A stretch of DNA of 64,000 nt, from NCBI GenBank assembly GCA_045588735.1, contig JAZNET010000029.1:12983-76982 (forward strand). The letters run 5' to 3'. The notes under the pieces were generated by a model. That model saw only the letters and a program-made list of their open reading frames with translations. It was not told the origin of the DNA and made no database searches. The position numbers and the translations under genes were made by a program. Positions 44,538 through 54,962 of this stretch are shown in pieces; the first letter of the stretch is position 1; every line of letters begins with the position of its first letter. Origin of the DNA: Acutalibacteraceae bacterium (lineage in GTDB: Bacteria > Bacillota > Clostridia > Oscillospirales > Acutalibacteraceae).

Positions 44538-47087
44538 TTATTGAGCACTTGCTTCGTAGCCTGCCGCTTTAACAGCATCTACCAAAGCGCTTACGTCTAC
44601 GTCAGCAGAAAGAGTTGCAGTAGCAGTTTTGTTTTCAAGATTTGCTTCGGCATCAATTACACCGCTAACGCCCTTTAAAGCAGCTTCAACGTGAGCTTTA
44701 CAGTGATTACACATCATACCTTCAACTAAAATTGTTTTTGTCATAGTGGCTTCTTCCTTTTTTTTAGTAATTTCTTTTTCTTCCTTGTCATCAGAAAAAG
44801 TGAATTTTGTTTTGAAAAATCTTAATCTTAAAGCGTTTGTAACAACGCACAGAGAGCTGAGACTCATAGCAAATGAACCAATCATAGGTGTAAGCTTAAC
44901 AGCAAACGCCGGGTAAAATACACCTGCTGCAACAGGAATGCCTAAGGCGTTATAGAAAAATGCCCAGAAAAGATTCATTTTAATATTTTTAATAACTGCC
45001 TTGCTTAACTCGAATGCAGTAACGGCATCCTGTAAAGAATTTTTCATAAGAACTATATCGGCAGAGTCAATTGCAATGTCGGTGCCTGCACCAATTGCAA
45101 TACCAACGTCAGCGGTAATAAGTGCAGGAGAATCATTTATTCCGTCACCTATCATACACACTCTTTTGCCCTGTTCCTTTAATTCTCTTATATACCTTTC
45201 CTTATCGGCAGGTAAAACCTCGGCAATAAATTCATCTGCATTAACCTCATTTGCCACGAATTCTGCGGCAAAAGTATTGTCACCTGTAAGGATTATAACC
45301 CTTTTGTTAAGTTTTTTCAAGGCTTCAATACTTTGTTTGCTTGATGGCTTGATTGTATCGGAAATTGCAATAATTCCGATTGCTTTTTTGTTTTTTGCAA
45401 ATACAAGACTTGTTTTGCCTTGCTTTAAAAATTCATCACTTTTTTCCTTGAACTCACCCTCGGCAATTCCGTGCTCTAACATAAATTTGTAATTTCCTGC
45501 AAGCCAAAAATCACCGTTAATAGTGGCGCTTACCCCTTTGCCTATTTCTGCAGAGAATTCAGTTGAAGGGAAGAGTGTGGTATTTTCTTCCTTTGCTTTT
45601 GCTCTTATTGCATTAGCAAGGGGGTGTTCACTTGAATTTTCTAAAGAATAAGCATAAGACAAAAATTCAGTTTCTGTCAAAGCATTATCTAAAACGTAAA
45701 TATCTGAAACCGACATTTCACCTGACGTGACGGTGCCCGTTTTATCAAGCACTACAGTGTCAACTGAGGACAAGCCTTCAAGGGCTTCGGCAGATTTAAT
45801 TAAAATACCGTGTTCTGCTGCTTTACCGGTACCTGCCATAATAGCAACGGGTGTTGCAAGGCCTAAAGCGCACGGGCAGGAGATAACAAGAACGGTAATT
45901 CCCATTGAAAGAGAAAAATCAATAGGCTTGCCGCTTATAAGCCAAACTGCGAACGTGATAAGTGCAATTCCAATAACAATAGGAACAAACACACCGCTTA
46001 CCTTGTCGGCAAGTCTTGCAATAGGTGCTTTGGTGTTGCTTGCATTATCAACCAGCTTTATAATTTGTGAAAGCGTTGTGTCGTTACCAACCTTTGTGGC
46101 AACCATTTTAAAAGTACCGTTTTTATTTATTGTAGCACAAATTACCGTGTCATCTTTTCCTTTATCAACCGGCAGACCTTCACCGGTAACGGCAGACTGG
46201 TCAACGTAGGCTTCACCTTCAATAATTACACCGTCAACCGGAATGCTTTCACCGGGACGAATTATTAAGGTATCACCGGCTTTAACCTCTTCGGCAGGAA
46301 TGGTTGTCTCAGTACCGTTTCTTATTACATTGGCAGTTTTTGGCGCTAAATCAATTAACTTTCCCAGAGCATCAGAGGTTTTTGCCTTGCTTTTGGTTTC
46401 TAAATATTTGCCGATTGTAACAAGTGTTAAAATCATAGCAGCAGATTCAAAGTAAAGCTCGTGTGAATATTTGTGCACTAAGTGTAAATTATTGTGACCT
46501 GCACCGTAGCACATAAAGTAAAACGAAATAAGCCCATAAAGGAATGAAGCACCTGAGCCAATTGCTACCAATGAATCCATATTGGCCGCTTTGTGGCTCA
46601 ATGCCTTAAAGCCCGAGGTGAAGAATTTTCTGTTTATAAGCATAACGGGCACTGTTAAAATTAACTGTGTCAATGTATTTACCAATGTGTTTTCGGTGCC
46701 TGTTAAAAGCTGTGGCAGGGGAAGATTCAGCATACCGCCCATAGCGACGTACATTAAAGGTAACAAAAAGCAAACAGAAGAAAAGAGTCGCTTTTTCATT
46801 GATTTTTGCTTTTCTGTTTCTTTCTCTTTTCTTTTGTTCCAGTCAGTTCTTATTGTGCTTTTTTCATCTGTGCCTGCATTTTTTAGCGCAGCACCATAAC
46901 CAATAGAAATAACTGCATCTATTATTTTACTGTCAGTTACTTCTTCTTCATTATAAAGAACTGACATATTTTCATTTAAAAGATTAACAGATACGCTTTC
47001 TACACCGGAGAGCTTTTTTACCGTTTTTTCAACGTTTGCCTGGCACGCCGCGCAGGTCATACCCGTTACATTGAACTCTTTTTGCAT
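44538..47087 (-). CDS. copA: copper-translocating P1B-type ATPase with N-terminal and C-terminal HMA domains
   Basis: GMTCAACQ (N-terminal HMA), CPC in TM6, DKTGT, GDGIND, and a second HMA (GMMCNHCKAH) fused after the last TM segment. Confidence 0.9.
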   Translation of the reverse strand: MQKEFNVTGMTCAACQANVEKTVKKLSGVESVSVNLLNENMSVLYNEEEVTDSKIIDAVISIGYGAALKNAGTDEKSTIRTDWNKRKEKETEKQKSMKKRLFSSVCFLLPLMYVAMGGMLNLPLPQLLTGTENTLVNTLTQLILTVPVMLINRKFFTSGFKALSHKAANMDSLVAIGSGASFLYGLISFYFMCYGAGHNNLHLVHKYSHELYFESAAMILTLVTIGKYLETKSKAKTSDALGKLIDLAPKTANVIRNGTETTIPAEEVKAGDTLIIRPGESIPVDGVIIEGEAYVDQSAVTGEGLPVDKGKDDTVICATINKNGTFKMVATKVGNDTTLSQIIKLVDNASNTKAPIARLADKVSGVFVPIVIGIALITFAVWLISGKPIDFSLSMGITVLVISCPCALGLATPVAIMAGTGKAAEHGILIKSAEALEGLSSVDTVVLDKTGTVTSGEMSVSDIYVLDNALTETEFLSYAYSLENSSEHPLANAIRAKAKEENTTLFPSTEFSAEIGKGVSATINGDFWLAGNYKFMLEHGIAEGEFKEKSDEFLKQGKTSLVFAKNKKAIGIIAISDTIKPSSKQSIEALKKLNKRVIILTGDNTFAAEFVANEVNADEFIAEVLPADKERYIRELKEQGKRVCMIGDGINDSPALITADVGIAIGAGTDIAIDSADIVLMKNSLQDAVTAFELSKAVIKNIKMNLFWAFFYNALGIPVAAGVFYPAFAVKLTPMIGSFAMSLSSLCVVTNALRLRFFKTKFTFSDDKEEKEITKKKEEATMTKTILVEGMMCNHCKAHVEAALKGVSGVIDAEANLENKTATATLSADVDVSALVDAVKAAGYEASAQ

Positions 47088-47126
47088 TATGGAAACACCT
47101 TTTTAAGCTTTAAAATATATGATATT

Positions 47127-47155
47127 ATTTTACCTTTTTTTAAAATTTTAGTCAA
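47127..47155 (-). promoter_or_regulatory. sigma-A-like promoter for copA
   Basis: On the minus strand: TTGACT, 17 nt spacer, TAAAAT, about 40 nt upstream of the ATG. Confidence 0.45.
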
Positions 47156-47196
47156 GAACAGAATAAGTTAAAGATTGCCGAAAGCGTGCTTTGTAT

Positions 47197-47231
47197 ACAA
47201 AAAGAACAAAGCCTTTAAAAAGGCTTTGTTC
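47197..47231 (-). terminator. rho-independent terminator after the GNAT gene
   Basis: Perfect 11-bp stem GAACAAAGCCT/AGGCTTTGTTC. The T-run on the minus strand is the forward A-run at 47199-47203. Confidence 0.8.
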
Positions 47232-47232
47232 T

Positions 47233-47670
47233 TTATACCCGCTTTTCCATTTTTACGTGCGGTACGTTTGCTTCTGTGAAAACGTCGCTTACTTTTTTAT
47301 AGCCGCATTTTTCATAAAATTCATATACGGCAAACTTTGCTTCTAAGTAAAAATAATTAAAGCCACGCTTTGAAAATTCACTCTCTATAAATTCAAGCAA
47401 ACGCTTTCCGAGGCCTGATTTTCTGTATTGAGGCAAGAAACAAAATCTTTGAATTTTTAATTCGGTATCTGATATTAAATTGCACCTTGCAGTGCCAACG
47501 GGCTTGCTGTTATATAAAACTAAAACGTGCTCGCATTGAGAGCCGAGAGCATCAAACTCGTCAAGCTCAATACTCTCGGGAACACTCATTTCATTTATAA
47601 AAACGCTTCGTCTTATATCAAGAGCCGCTTTTAAGTCGTTCTGTGTTTTTACAAATTTAAATTCTAACAT
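47233..47670 (-). CDS. GNAT family N-acetyltransferase
   Basis: About 145 aa with an acetyl-CoA binding block (QRFCFLPQYRKSGLGKRLLEFIE). The ATG at 47670 lies just after the upstream stop; the ORF-track start at 47700 would overlap that gene. Confidence 0.8.
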   Translation of the reverse strand: MLEFKFVKTQNDLKAALDIRRSVFINEMSVPESIELDEFDALGSQCEHVLVLYNSKPVGTARCNLISDTELKIQRFCFLPQYRKSGLGKRLLEFIESEFSKRGFNYFYLEAKFAVYEFYEKCGYKKVSDVFTEANVPHVKMEKRV

Positions 47671-47671
47671 A

Positions 47672-49354
47672 TTATTGTGGAGTGATTTCAAAGAACACAA
47701 CTGCGTGCGGTGCTAACTCTATGTCAAGAGTAAGCTTGCCGTATTCAACTGTTGCAGTTGAATCAACCGGTGTTAATTTTGAAGCCTCTTTGTATTTCGG
47801 GTAAAGCTCGTTAAAATAAATGCTTCTTGCACTTTCATCACTAAGAGTGGTTGGGTTGTCAATTTGCGGGTCATCAGGTGACCAGCCAAAGCAAGCATTT
47901 GTAATGTTATAGGTCTTTCTGTCTTCGCACCAGTCGTCAAAATAGTTGCAACTGTCGTCAATAACGTAAGCTCTTACGTTAAAGGTTTGACCGTCATACT
48001 TTGGTGCATTTATAACAAACGTTGTTTTTATAGTCTGGTTGTAGTCGAGCGTGTTTTTAAAGTTGTAAGCCATTACTCGAATTGTGCCTGTGTTTTCATC
48101 TAATGAAGCAACAGCACCAATATCTGCCCCCTCAATATTTCCCTCAAGCTGCTTTGCGGTTGGTAAAAGTCTTGTGCCTGCAAAGCCTGCTGCATTTTTA
48201 GCTACGTGGTAGCTTACTGTCGGGTTGCCCTCTAAAAGACCGTTTGAAAGGTATCCCCATGCAGAGAAATAGTCTATATCATTGTTGAACATTTGAGTAA
48301 TAAGTCTTGCATCATAAGAAGCCTGGTAGGTGTAGCCTACAGTTCTTGAAAGAAGCTCTGAACCGATGCTGCCTGCGTGAACACCCTCAAGAATTCTGCC
48401 TTCATCTATACCGAATTCTAAGTCTATAAGACCGTATTCAATTGCTGAATCTCTTAAATGCTTGATAGTGTCAGGGAGGTTGTAGCCGCTTGTGTAGTTT
48501 TCAGGGTCGCTGTCGTAAAAAGAGCCTGAAAGGTAGCAAAGTTTTGTTCCCTTTGCACCCGTTTTATAGTTTTTACCCTCTGCACAGTGTTTAATAAAAT
48601 CTCTTTCGTCCCACTGACCTTCTGTAACAGCCATTGCGTGAGCGCCTACGTAAACGTCCTCGGAAATTGCATCAATAAGTGCCTGAACGGTGTAATCGTA
48701 AAGCTTGCAGTATTCCTCAAAGGCAGTTTTTGCTTTTCCGTCGTTAGCTATGAACCAGGCAGCATTTTCAAATTCTGTCATAACACCAAAGCGCCATGAT
48801 AAAACCTCTTCTTTGCCGAATTCTTCAACTAAAGCGGTAGCTAAAGCATAAATGTAATTGTAGTAAACGTCGTAATCATCCGGAGGGTAAGGGTTAATAC
48901 CAAAGCCGTGCTCGGTTGTAGCTTTTGCGGAGTATTTAAGCGGAACACTGCCTAATTTAAGCATAGGCTTTGCACCAAGGTTAAGTATACCGCGGCAGTT
49001 TTCCAAAAGGCGTGTAAAGTCGTAATCGTCAAGCACGTCTTTGTTTAACGGGTCAACAAATAAATCTCTTTCTGCTGTACCGCCTGAGCATTGCATAAGC
49101 TGCACGTACTCAACAAACTCAAAAATATTGTTCTCGGTGTTTACCTGTGCATCCTTAAAGGGGTTACCCTCTATTGACCACACGTTAACGTTATTAACAA
49201 CGTTTTGAAGCTCTCTGCCCGGTGCATTTGCATTTATAGCAAATTTAATTTCATCATCTGCTCGGTCAAAGCTTGTGTTAAAGCTGAACGAGCCTAAAAG
49301 TGTGAGTATGGCACTGAATAATGCCATAAGTCTTTCAAAAATTGTTGCTGTCAT
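47672..49354 (-). CDS. putative secreted or membrane-anchored glycoside hydrolase (TIM-barrel, clan GH-A-like)
   Basis: N-terminal signal anchor (MTATIFERLMALFSAILTLLG). Blocks such as WRFGVMTEFEN resemble the acid/base region of GH39-type enzymes. The call is weak. The ATG at 49354 follows AAGGGG. Confidence 0.4.
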   Translation of the reverse strand: MTATIFERLMALFSAILTLLGSFSFNTSFDRADDEIKFAINANAPGRELQNVVNNVNVWSIEGNPFKDAQVNTENNIFEFVEYVQLMQCSGGTAERDLFVDPLNKDVLDDYDFTRLLENCRGILNLGAKPMLKLGSVPLKYSAKATTEHGFGINPYPPDDYDVYYNYIYALATALVEEFGKEEVLSWRFGVMTEFENAAWFIANDGKAKTAFEEYCKLYDYTVQALIDAISEDVYVGAHAMAVTEGQWDERDFIKHCAEGKNYKTGAKGTKLCYLSGSFYDSDPENYTSGYNLPDTIKHLRDSAIEYGLIDLEFGIDEGRILEGVHAGSIGSELLSRTVGYTYQASYDARLITQMFNNDIDYFSAWGYLSNGLLEGNPTVSYHVAKNAAGFAGTRLLPTAKQLEGNIEGADIGAVASLDENTGTIRVMAYNFKNTLDYNQTIKTTFVINAPKYDGQTFNVRAYVIDDSCNYFDDWCEDRKTYNITNACFGWSPDDPQIDNPTTLSDESARSIYFNELYPKYKEASKLTPVDSTATVEYGKLTLDIELAPHAVVFFEITPQ

Positions 49355-49385
49355 AAAAATTACCCCTTGAAAATTTTTATATTTT

Positions 49386-50876
49386 TTAGTCCCACTCTGC
49401 ACCTGTTACGGTGTCCATATTAATACCCTTGGTTTCGTTTGCTTTTTTCAGTAAGGCAATAAACGCCGCAATAAACCCGGGTACTAAAAGAGCGAAGGCT
49501 ACAATTCCTGTTACGCTGTTACCTAAAATTGTAATCAGCGGCAGGCTTATTCCGTAAGAAACAGCTACGCCGATTCCGGTAACAATAAATTGTGCTGACA
49601 TACAAGAAGAACGAAGATTCGTAGGAGATGATTCGCCAATCATCATAATCAAAACGTCGTTTGTAGAGTAAAAGCTGCCTATTGCAGCACCGCATAAAAA
49701 GCCGACGAGATACGGCTCCCACGCGAGCCTTGAACCAACTGAGAAGGCTACAAAAGCTAAAAGGCAGTTAAGCGCAGTAACAACTGCGGCAGACTTTCTG
49801 CCCTTCCAGTCAGAAATAAAGCCCATAATAACCTGAGAAACTGCAAGACCTACCGGGAACATAAAAATAGCAGTCGTTACAGGTCCAATGCTTACGGCAT
49901 TCATAACCTCGTCACCAAGCGAGCTGAAGAGACCTTTTTCCACGTAATTCTGCGCATAGCCATAGGAGAGTATAACCTGATAGTTTATGGTGCCTATAAA
50001 GCCTAAATTTGCAATTGCAGAAATAATGTAAAGCCACTTTAACTGCTTATGCTTAAATGCAAATTTAAGTGCGGGGACAAGACCGCCCTGTGCGTTATCG
50101 GCTTTCTTTTCTTTCTTTTCAAGAAGCCTTTCCTCGTCAGTCATTTTTAAATAACGAAGACGGGAATCAATAAATACGTCTGTTTCTCTTGCGGTTAAAA
50201 GTGCTGCAAACGAGGTAACAAGACCTATAATTGCGGGAATAAGGTAAACGTTACGCCACTCCGAAGCAGATGACATTAATAATCTTCTTAAAAGCGGAAT
50301 AACCATTACCGCCATATTTGCAATGAATTTAATTGAAGAGTAAACCCTTGCACGGTGCTTTGAAGGAGAGGACTCCATTATGTAAACCACGTGCATATCG
50401 TGCGGGATGAAAAATTGAACTAATGCAGCGCCTAAAAAGTAAAGAATTAGGTTGTCGGACAAAAAAATCACAAGCAGAGCAAGGCTCATACCAAAGGTGT
50501 TTATTATTAAAAACTTTTTTCTGCCCCAACGGTCTGCTAACGGTCTGTATAAAAGACCTATTGCTTGAAAGGGTACGACTAAAATTGAAAGAATATCTAA
50601 AATACCAACGGAGCTTTCACCAAATTTGCTTAAAAGGTCGTTGGCAATTTCGGTTTTCATAAGCGTGCCTATTTGAGAGGCAATTTCGTCTGTACCGTAA
50701 ATGAGCGTTATAATAAAAACAAGGTAAGCAAAATAAAAGCTTTTTTTAGGTCTTGCTTTTTCTTTTTCCCATTTTTTTATTTCCTTTTCTCTTTTTAGGG
50801 CTTGCTTTTTTAGTTTTTCAGTAGAGGCTTTTGTCAAAAAATCACCACTCAAAAATTGATATTTACATTTTAGCAC
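49386..50876 (-). CDS. MFS transporter
   Basis: About 12 hydrophobic segments and an MFS loop motif (PLADRWGRKK). The N-terminal about 45 aa are hydrophilic, so the start is uncertain. Confidence 0.75.
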   Translation of the reverse strand: MLKCKYQFLSGDFLTKASTEKLKKQALKREKEIKKWEKEKARPKKSFYFAYLVFIITLIYGTDEIASQIGTLMKTEIANDLLSKFGESSVGILDILSILVVPFQAIGLLYRPLADRWGRKKFLIINTFGMSLALLVIFLSDNLILYFLGAALVQFFIPHDMHVVYIMESSPSKHRARVYSSIKFIANMAVMVIPLLRRLLMSSASEWRNVYLIPAIIGLVTSFAALLTARETDVFIDSRLRYLKMTDEERLLEKKEKKADNAQGGLVPALKFAFKHKQLKWLYIISAIANLGFIGTINYQVILSYGYAQNYVEKGLFSSLGDEVMNAVSIGPVTTAIFMFPVGLAVSQVIMGFISDWKGRKSAAVVTALNCLLAFVAFSVGSRLAWEPYLVGFLCGAAIGSFYSTNDVLIMMIGESSPTNLRSSCMSAQFIVTGIGVAVSYGISLPLITILGNSVTGIVAFALLVPGFIAAFIALLKKANETKGINMDTVTGAEWD

Positions 50877-50905
50877 AAAAATATATTTTTTGCAATTACA
50901 TTTAA

Positions 50906-50934
50906 TTGACTGTGAATACTTTAAATGCTATAAT
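50906..50934 (+). promoter_or_regulatory. sigma-A-like promoter for the GH3 operon
   Basis: TTGACT, 17 nt spacer, TATAAT, 33 nt upstream of the ATG at 50967. Confidence 0.55.
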
Positions 50935-50966
50935 TTTTCTAGAATTTTATTGACTGGGGAATTTTT

Positions 50967-53219
50967 ATGGATTACAAAAATACAAGCCTAACACCTGAAG
51001 AAAGGGCAAAAAGCCTTCTTGCTTTAATGACCTTAGAGGAAAAAGTGGCTCAAATGGATATTATAAGAGGCGTTGAGTTTTCAACCAAGCCTCATAAATT
51101 ATACCATTGTGCAGTGCATATAGATTCGGAAATAAATCCTGAAAAATTAAAGGAAGCCTTAGGCGACAGAGGCATAGGCTTTATTCACGATTGCTATTCG
51201 CACCCTGTGTTTTTTAATAAGCTGCAAAAATTTGTTGTTGAAAACAGCAGACTCGGCATACCGTGTATGTTCACGGGTGAAGCACTACACGGAATTCTTT
51301 GGCCGGGTGCAACCGTATTCCCTGTGCCGTTAGCGTTGGCAGCAAGCTTTGACAGGGAAAACGTAAACACAATAGGCAGAGCCATAGCAAGTGAAACACG
51401 CGCTTTAGGCATGCACGAGATTTTAGCACCTAACTTAGACGTTGCCCGTGAGCCGCGTTGGGGCAGAGTAGAGGAAACCTTTGGTGAGGATACCTACCTT
51501 TCAAGCGAGCTTGCTTACCAGATTGTTACGGGTGAGCAGCAGGACGGCAGCATAGAAAGAGCAGATGCCGTAGTTTGCGAGCCGAAGCATTATTGTGTGC
51601 ACGGCATACCTGAAAACGGCATAAACTGTGCTCAGGCAAGAGTCGGCAGACGTGAAATAGAGCAAAGCTATTTACCTGTTTTTGAAACGGCAATTAAAAA
51701 GGCCGGGGCATATAACGTAATGGCTTGCTACAATGCAATAGACGGTGAGGTTGTTTTAAGCTCTAAGTATTATTTGACAGATATACTTCGTAAAAAATGG
51801 GGAATGAAGGGCTACGTAAGAGCAGACTGGGGCTCGGTTGTAAGACTTGTAAACCGACACTTTACCGCAGCAACTGACGAGGATGCAATATGCGATTCAG
51901 TAAACGCCGGACTTGATATGCAGGGCTGCTGCGATTACGACACAAAAACCTGGGAGGAGACAATTGTAAAAAACGTGAAAAACGGCAGAATTCCTATGGA
52001 AAGAATTGATGATGCTGTTTTAAGAGTGCTTACCATTAAATTCAAGCTTGGTCTTTTTGAAAATCCGTATACAGACGAAACGCTTCACGAAGGTGTAATA
52101 AGATGCGAAAAGCACTTAAAGGCTTCTCACGAGGCGGCAAAAAAATCCATGACTCTTATTAAAAATAACGGCGTGTTACCGTTACAAAAGGGTAAATATA
52201 AAAGAATTGCTCTTTTGGGACCGTCTGCAAATCGTCAAAGATTAGGCGGTTATTCATCAGTGCCCGACGGCTATGAATTAAAATCTGTTTTAGATGAGCT
52301 TAAGCTCTTATTGGGAGACGAGGTGGAAATAGAGTATTGCAACGGTTGCGGCATTCCAAAGGATGTGCACGTAGAAACGCAGGAGGGTCAGCCGCACCTT
52401 GTAGAGGTTTATGACGAGGACGAAAAGGAGTGCATTCCAAAGGCAATTGAAATTGCCAAAAGAAGCGACCTTGTTATTATTGTCGGTGGTGATAACACCT
52501 TTACAAGCAGTGAGGGTCACGACAGAGCTGACTTAAAATTACCCGGCAAGCAGCGTGAATTAGTAGTAGAAGCCTCAAAGGCAGGTAAGCCTGTTGTGCT
52601 TGTTTTAGAAAACGGCAGAGCGGTAGATTTATCGGTAGAAAACGGCATTTGCGACGCTATTTTAATTGCCTGGTTTGGCGGTGAAACAGGTGCAAAGGCA
52701 ATTGCAGAAACACTTGTAGGTGAAAATAACCCTGCCGGCAGATTACCTGTTTCCTTCCCGCAGGATTCACACAGAATTCCTTGCTACTACACCGTGCTGC
52801 CTAATAATACAGAGGTTATGTTTGAGGGCAGCAGAAGACCGCGCTACGAATTCGGCTTTGGTCTTTCTTACACAAAATTTGAGTACTCTGACCTTAAGGT
52901 CAGCAAGCACTCGGAGCTTGACTATAGCGTTACACTTAACGTTAAAAACGTTGGCGGGGTAAAGGGTGATGAGGTTGTACAGCTTTACGTTAACGATAAG
53001 GTTTCCTCAATTATAACTCCGCTTAAGGAGCTTAAGGGCTTTGAAAGAATTTCTCTTGAAGCAGGCGAGGAAAGGGCGGTTGAATTCACACTCGGATTCG
53101 ATTCCTTCAAGCTTCTTAACAAGGATTTTGAATGGGTTGTGGAAAACGGTGAGTTCGAAATTCTTGTTGGTGCATCTTCAAACGATATAAGACTCAAAGA
53201 AACAATTACAATAGGGTGA
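50967..53219 (+). CDS. GH3 family beta-glucosidase/beta-xylosidase-like enzyme
   Basis: 750 aa with GH3 blocks (LTLEEKVAQM, PRWGRVEETFGEDTYL, VRADWG), a C-terminal FN3-like domain and the KGFERISL motif. Confidence 0.85.
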   Translation: MDYKNTSLTPEERAKSLLALMTLEEKVAQMDIIRGVEFSTKPHKLYHCAVHIDSEINPEKLKEALGDRGIGFIHDCYSHPVFFNKLQKFVVENSRLGIPCMFTGEALHGILWPGATVFPVPLALAASFDRENVNTIGRAIASETRALGMHEILAPNLDVAREPRWGRVEETFGEDTYLSSELAYQIVTGEQQDGSIERADAVVCEPKHYCVHGIPENGINCAQARVGRREIEQSYLPVFETAIKKAGAYNVMACYNAIDGEVVLSSKYYLTDILRKKWGMKGYVRADWGSVVRLVNRHFTAATDEDAICDSVNAGLDMQGCCDYDTKTWEETIVKNVKNGRIPMERIDDAVLRVLTIKFKLGLFENPYTDETLHEGVIRCEKHLKASHEAAKKSMTLIKNNGVLPLQKGKYKRIALLGPSANRQRLGGYSSVPDGYELKSVLDELKLLLGDEVEIEYCNGCGIPKDVHVETQEGQPHLVEVYDEDEKECIPKAIEIAKRSDLVIIVGGDNTFTSSEGHDRADLKLPGKQRELVVEASKAGKPVVLVLENGRAVDLSVENGICDAILIAWFGGETGAKAIAETLVGENNPAGRLPVSFPQDSHRIPCYYTVLPNNTEVMFEGSRRPRYEFGFGLSYTKFEYSDLKVSKHSELDYSVTLNVKNVGGVKGDEVVQLYVNDKVSSIITPLKELKGFERISLEAGEERAVEFTLGFDSFKLLNKDFEWVVENGEFEILVGASSNDIRLKETITIG

Positions 53220-53225
53220 AAATAA

Positions 53226-54857
53226 ATGAATGAATTAAGCACACTTTTTCTTGACGTTAAAAATGAAACGGAAATAACCTTAGAGCAGAATAAAATTTAC
53301 CACGTAAGGCAGGATGACTCCTTCGTGCTTAAAGGCTATTACTGCTCAAACAGTGCAAAAAAAGATGAAAATCCCGACGGTACACGCTACACGGCAATTT
53401 TTTTAAAGGGAAAAAAGGACATTACAATTAACGGTAACGGTGCTACTGTTTTAGTGCACGGCAAAATGACACCCTTGCTTTTTGATGCCTGCGAAAATAT
53501 TGTTGTTAAAAATCTTACAGTAGATTATGCGTGCCCTACCATGTCTGAATTCAAGGTGCTTAGAGCCGAGAACGGTGTGTGCGATATAAAAATTAACGAT
53601 GACTGTCTTTTTGATATTCGTGAAAACGAGCTTTTCTGGGTTGGTGAAAAGGACGGAAACGGTAACCCTTATTGGGAAGACAGCTACCACGGCAATAAAA
53701 GGCATATTAAGGTTTTTGACCCCGAAAGCTTTGAAACCTGCGACTTTAAAAGAGCAGATTTAAGCTTTTCAAAAATAGAAAATTTGGGTGACAACATTTT
53801 AAGGGTGCATTTTGAAAATCCGCAGGTATGCTTTAAGGCAGGTACTATAATTCAGACACGAAACATAGTCCGCGACCAGGTTGGCAGCTTTTTTGAACGC
53901 TGCAAAAATTTGTGCTTCGATAATATAAGAATGAAGTTTATGCACGGTCTCGGTGTTGTTTCTCAGTTTTGCGAAAACGTGTTGTTTGTGAATTGTGATT
54001 TTACCCCTGCTGAAAACAGAACAATAGCAAGCACGGCAGATTTCTTTCAGTTTTCAGGCTGTAAGGGTGAATTGCAGATTTTAAATTGCGTGGCATACGG
54101 TGCGCATGATGATTACGTAAACGTACACGGCACACACCTAAGAGTTGTAGTGGAAAATAAAGCGGAAAGAACTGTAACCGTACGCTTCATGCACAATGAA
54201 ACGTGGGGCTTTAACGCTTTTTCAAAGGGCGACGAGCTCGAGTTCATAAAGTGGGATACGCTGAAGCCATATTACACCGTAAAGGTTGAGAACTTTACAA
54301 GGGTTAGCGATACAGATATTCTGCTTACCCTTGACAGCGACCTGCCTGATATAGAAATTGGTAAGGACGTAGTGGAAAACGCAACCTGGACTCCCGATTT
54401 ATATGTTCGTGACTGCTTTTTCGGTCAGACCTCGGGCAGAGGAATACTTTGCACTACACGTGGCAAGGTGGTTATTGAAAATAACAAATTCTTTAAGCTG
54501 TGGGGTCCTGCGCTTTTAGTAGAGGATGACTGCAATTTTTGGTTTGAATCCGGATACACAAAAGAAATAACGTTTAAAAACAACGTAGTGGATTCTTGTG
54601 ATTTCGGCAGAACGTTTATGGGTGCACCCGTAATTCGTTATACGCCTAAGGTAATGAACGAGGCTTCAAAGGAGTTTGTTCACGGCAAGCTTGTTTTAAG
54701 CGGAAATTTCTTTAAAAATTGCTACGAGGGAAAGCACAGAATTCACCTTGAGTATTTAGAAAAAGCAGAAATTGAAAACAATATTTTCGACAAGCCATTC
54801 CAGGTGGAAAGCATCTGCGTGGGTGATGTAACAGAAAAAAATAATCTTGTTCTGTAA
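53226..54857 (+). CDS. right-handed parallel beta-helix protein, putative carbohydrate-active enzyme
   Basis: 543 aa with repeated beta-helix style segments (NLxFxNxxF, CxFxxxxxxG). It lies 6 nt after the GH3 gene. No family could be assigned by eye. Confidence 0.45.
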   Translation: MNELSTLFLDVKNETEITLEQNKIYHVRQDDSFVLKGYYCSNSAKKDENPDGTRYTAIFLKGKKDITINGNGATVLVHGKMTPLLFDACENIVVKNLTVDYACPTMSEFKVLRAENGVCDIKINDDCLFDIRENELFWVGEKDGNGNPYWEDSYHGNKRHIKVFDPESFETCDFKRADLSFSKIENLGDNILRVHFENPQVCFKAGTIIQTRNIVRDQVGSFFERCKNLCFDNIRMKFMHGLGVVSQFCENVLFVNCDFTPAENRTIASTADFFQFSGCKGELQILNCVAYGAHDDYVNVHGTHLRVVVENKAERTVTVRFMHNETWGFNAFSKGDELEFIKWDTLKPYYTVKVENFTRVSDTDILLTLDSDLPDIEIGKDVVENATWTPDLYVRDCFFGQTSGRGILCTTRGKVVIENNKFFKLWGPALLVEDDCNFWFESGYTKEITFKNNVVDSCDFGRTFMGAPVIRYTPKVMNEASKEFVHGKLVLSGNFFKNCYEGKHRIHLEYLEKAEIENNIFDKPFQVESICVGDVTEKNNLVL

Positions 54858-54895
54858 AGCGCAGCTTCACCTTGCAGAGCATAATAAAATTTCAT

Positions 54896-54941
54896 AAAAA
54901 AGGCATCCGTTTATTTTAAAACGGATGCCTTTGTGTTTTTT
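54896..54941. terminator. bidirectional terminator
   Basis: Perfect 10-bp stem AGGCATCCGT/ACGGATGCCT flanked by an A-run and a T-rich tail, between convergent genes. Confidence 0.8.
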
Positions 54942-54962
54942 ATTTGTAGGTTGATTAAATAT

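Noticed and set aside
47190-47201. Perfect 12-bp palindrome TTTGTATACAAA upstream of the copA promoter, as a possible CopY or CsoR operator.
   Set aside because: Its half-site order (TGTA-TACA) is the reverse of the TACAnnTGTA cop box. It lies more than 30 bp upstream of the -35 and overlaps the T-tail of the GNAT terminator.
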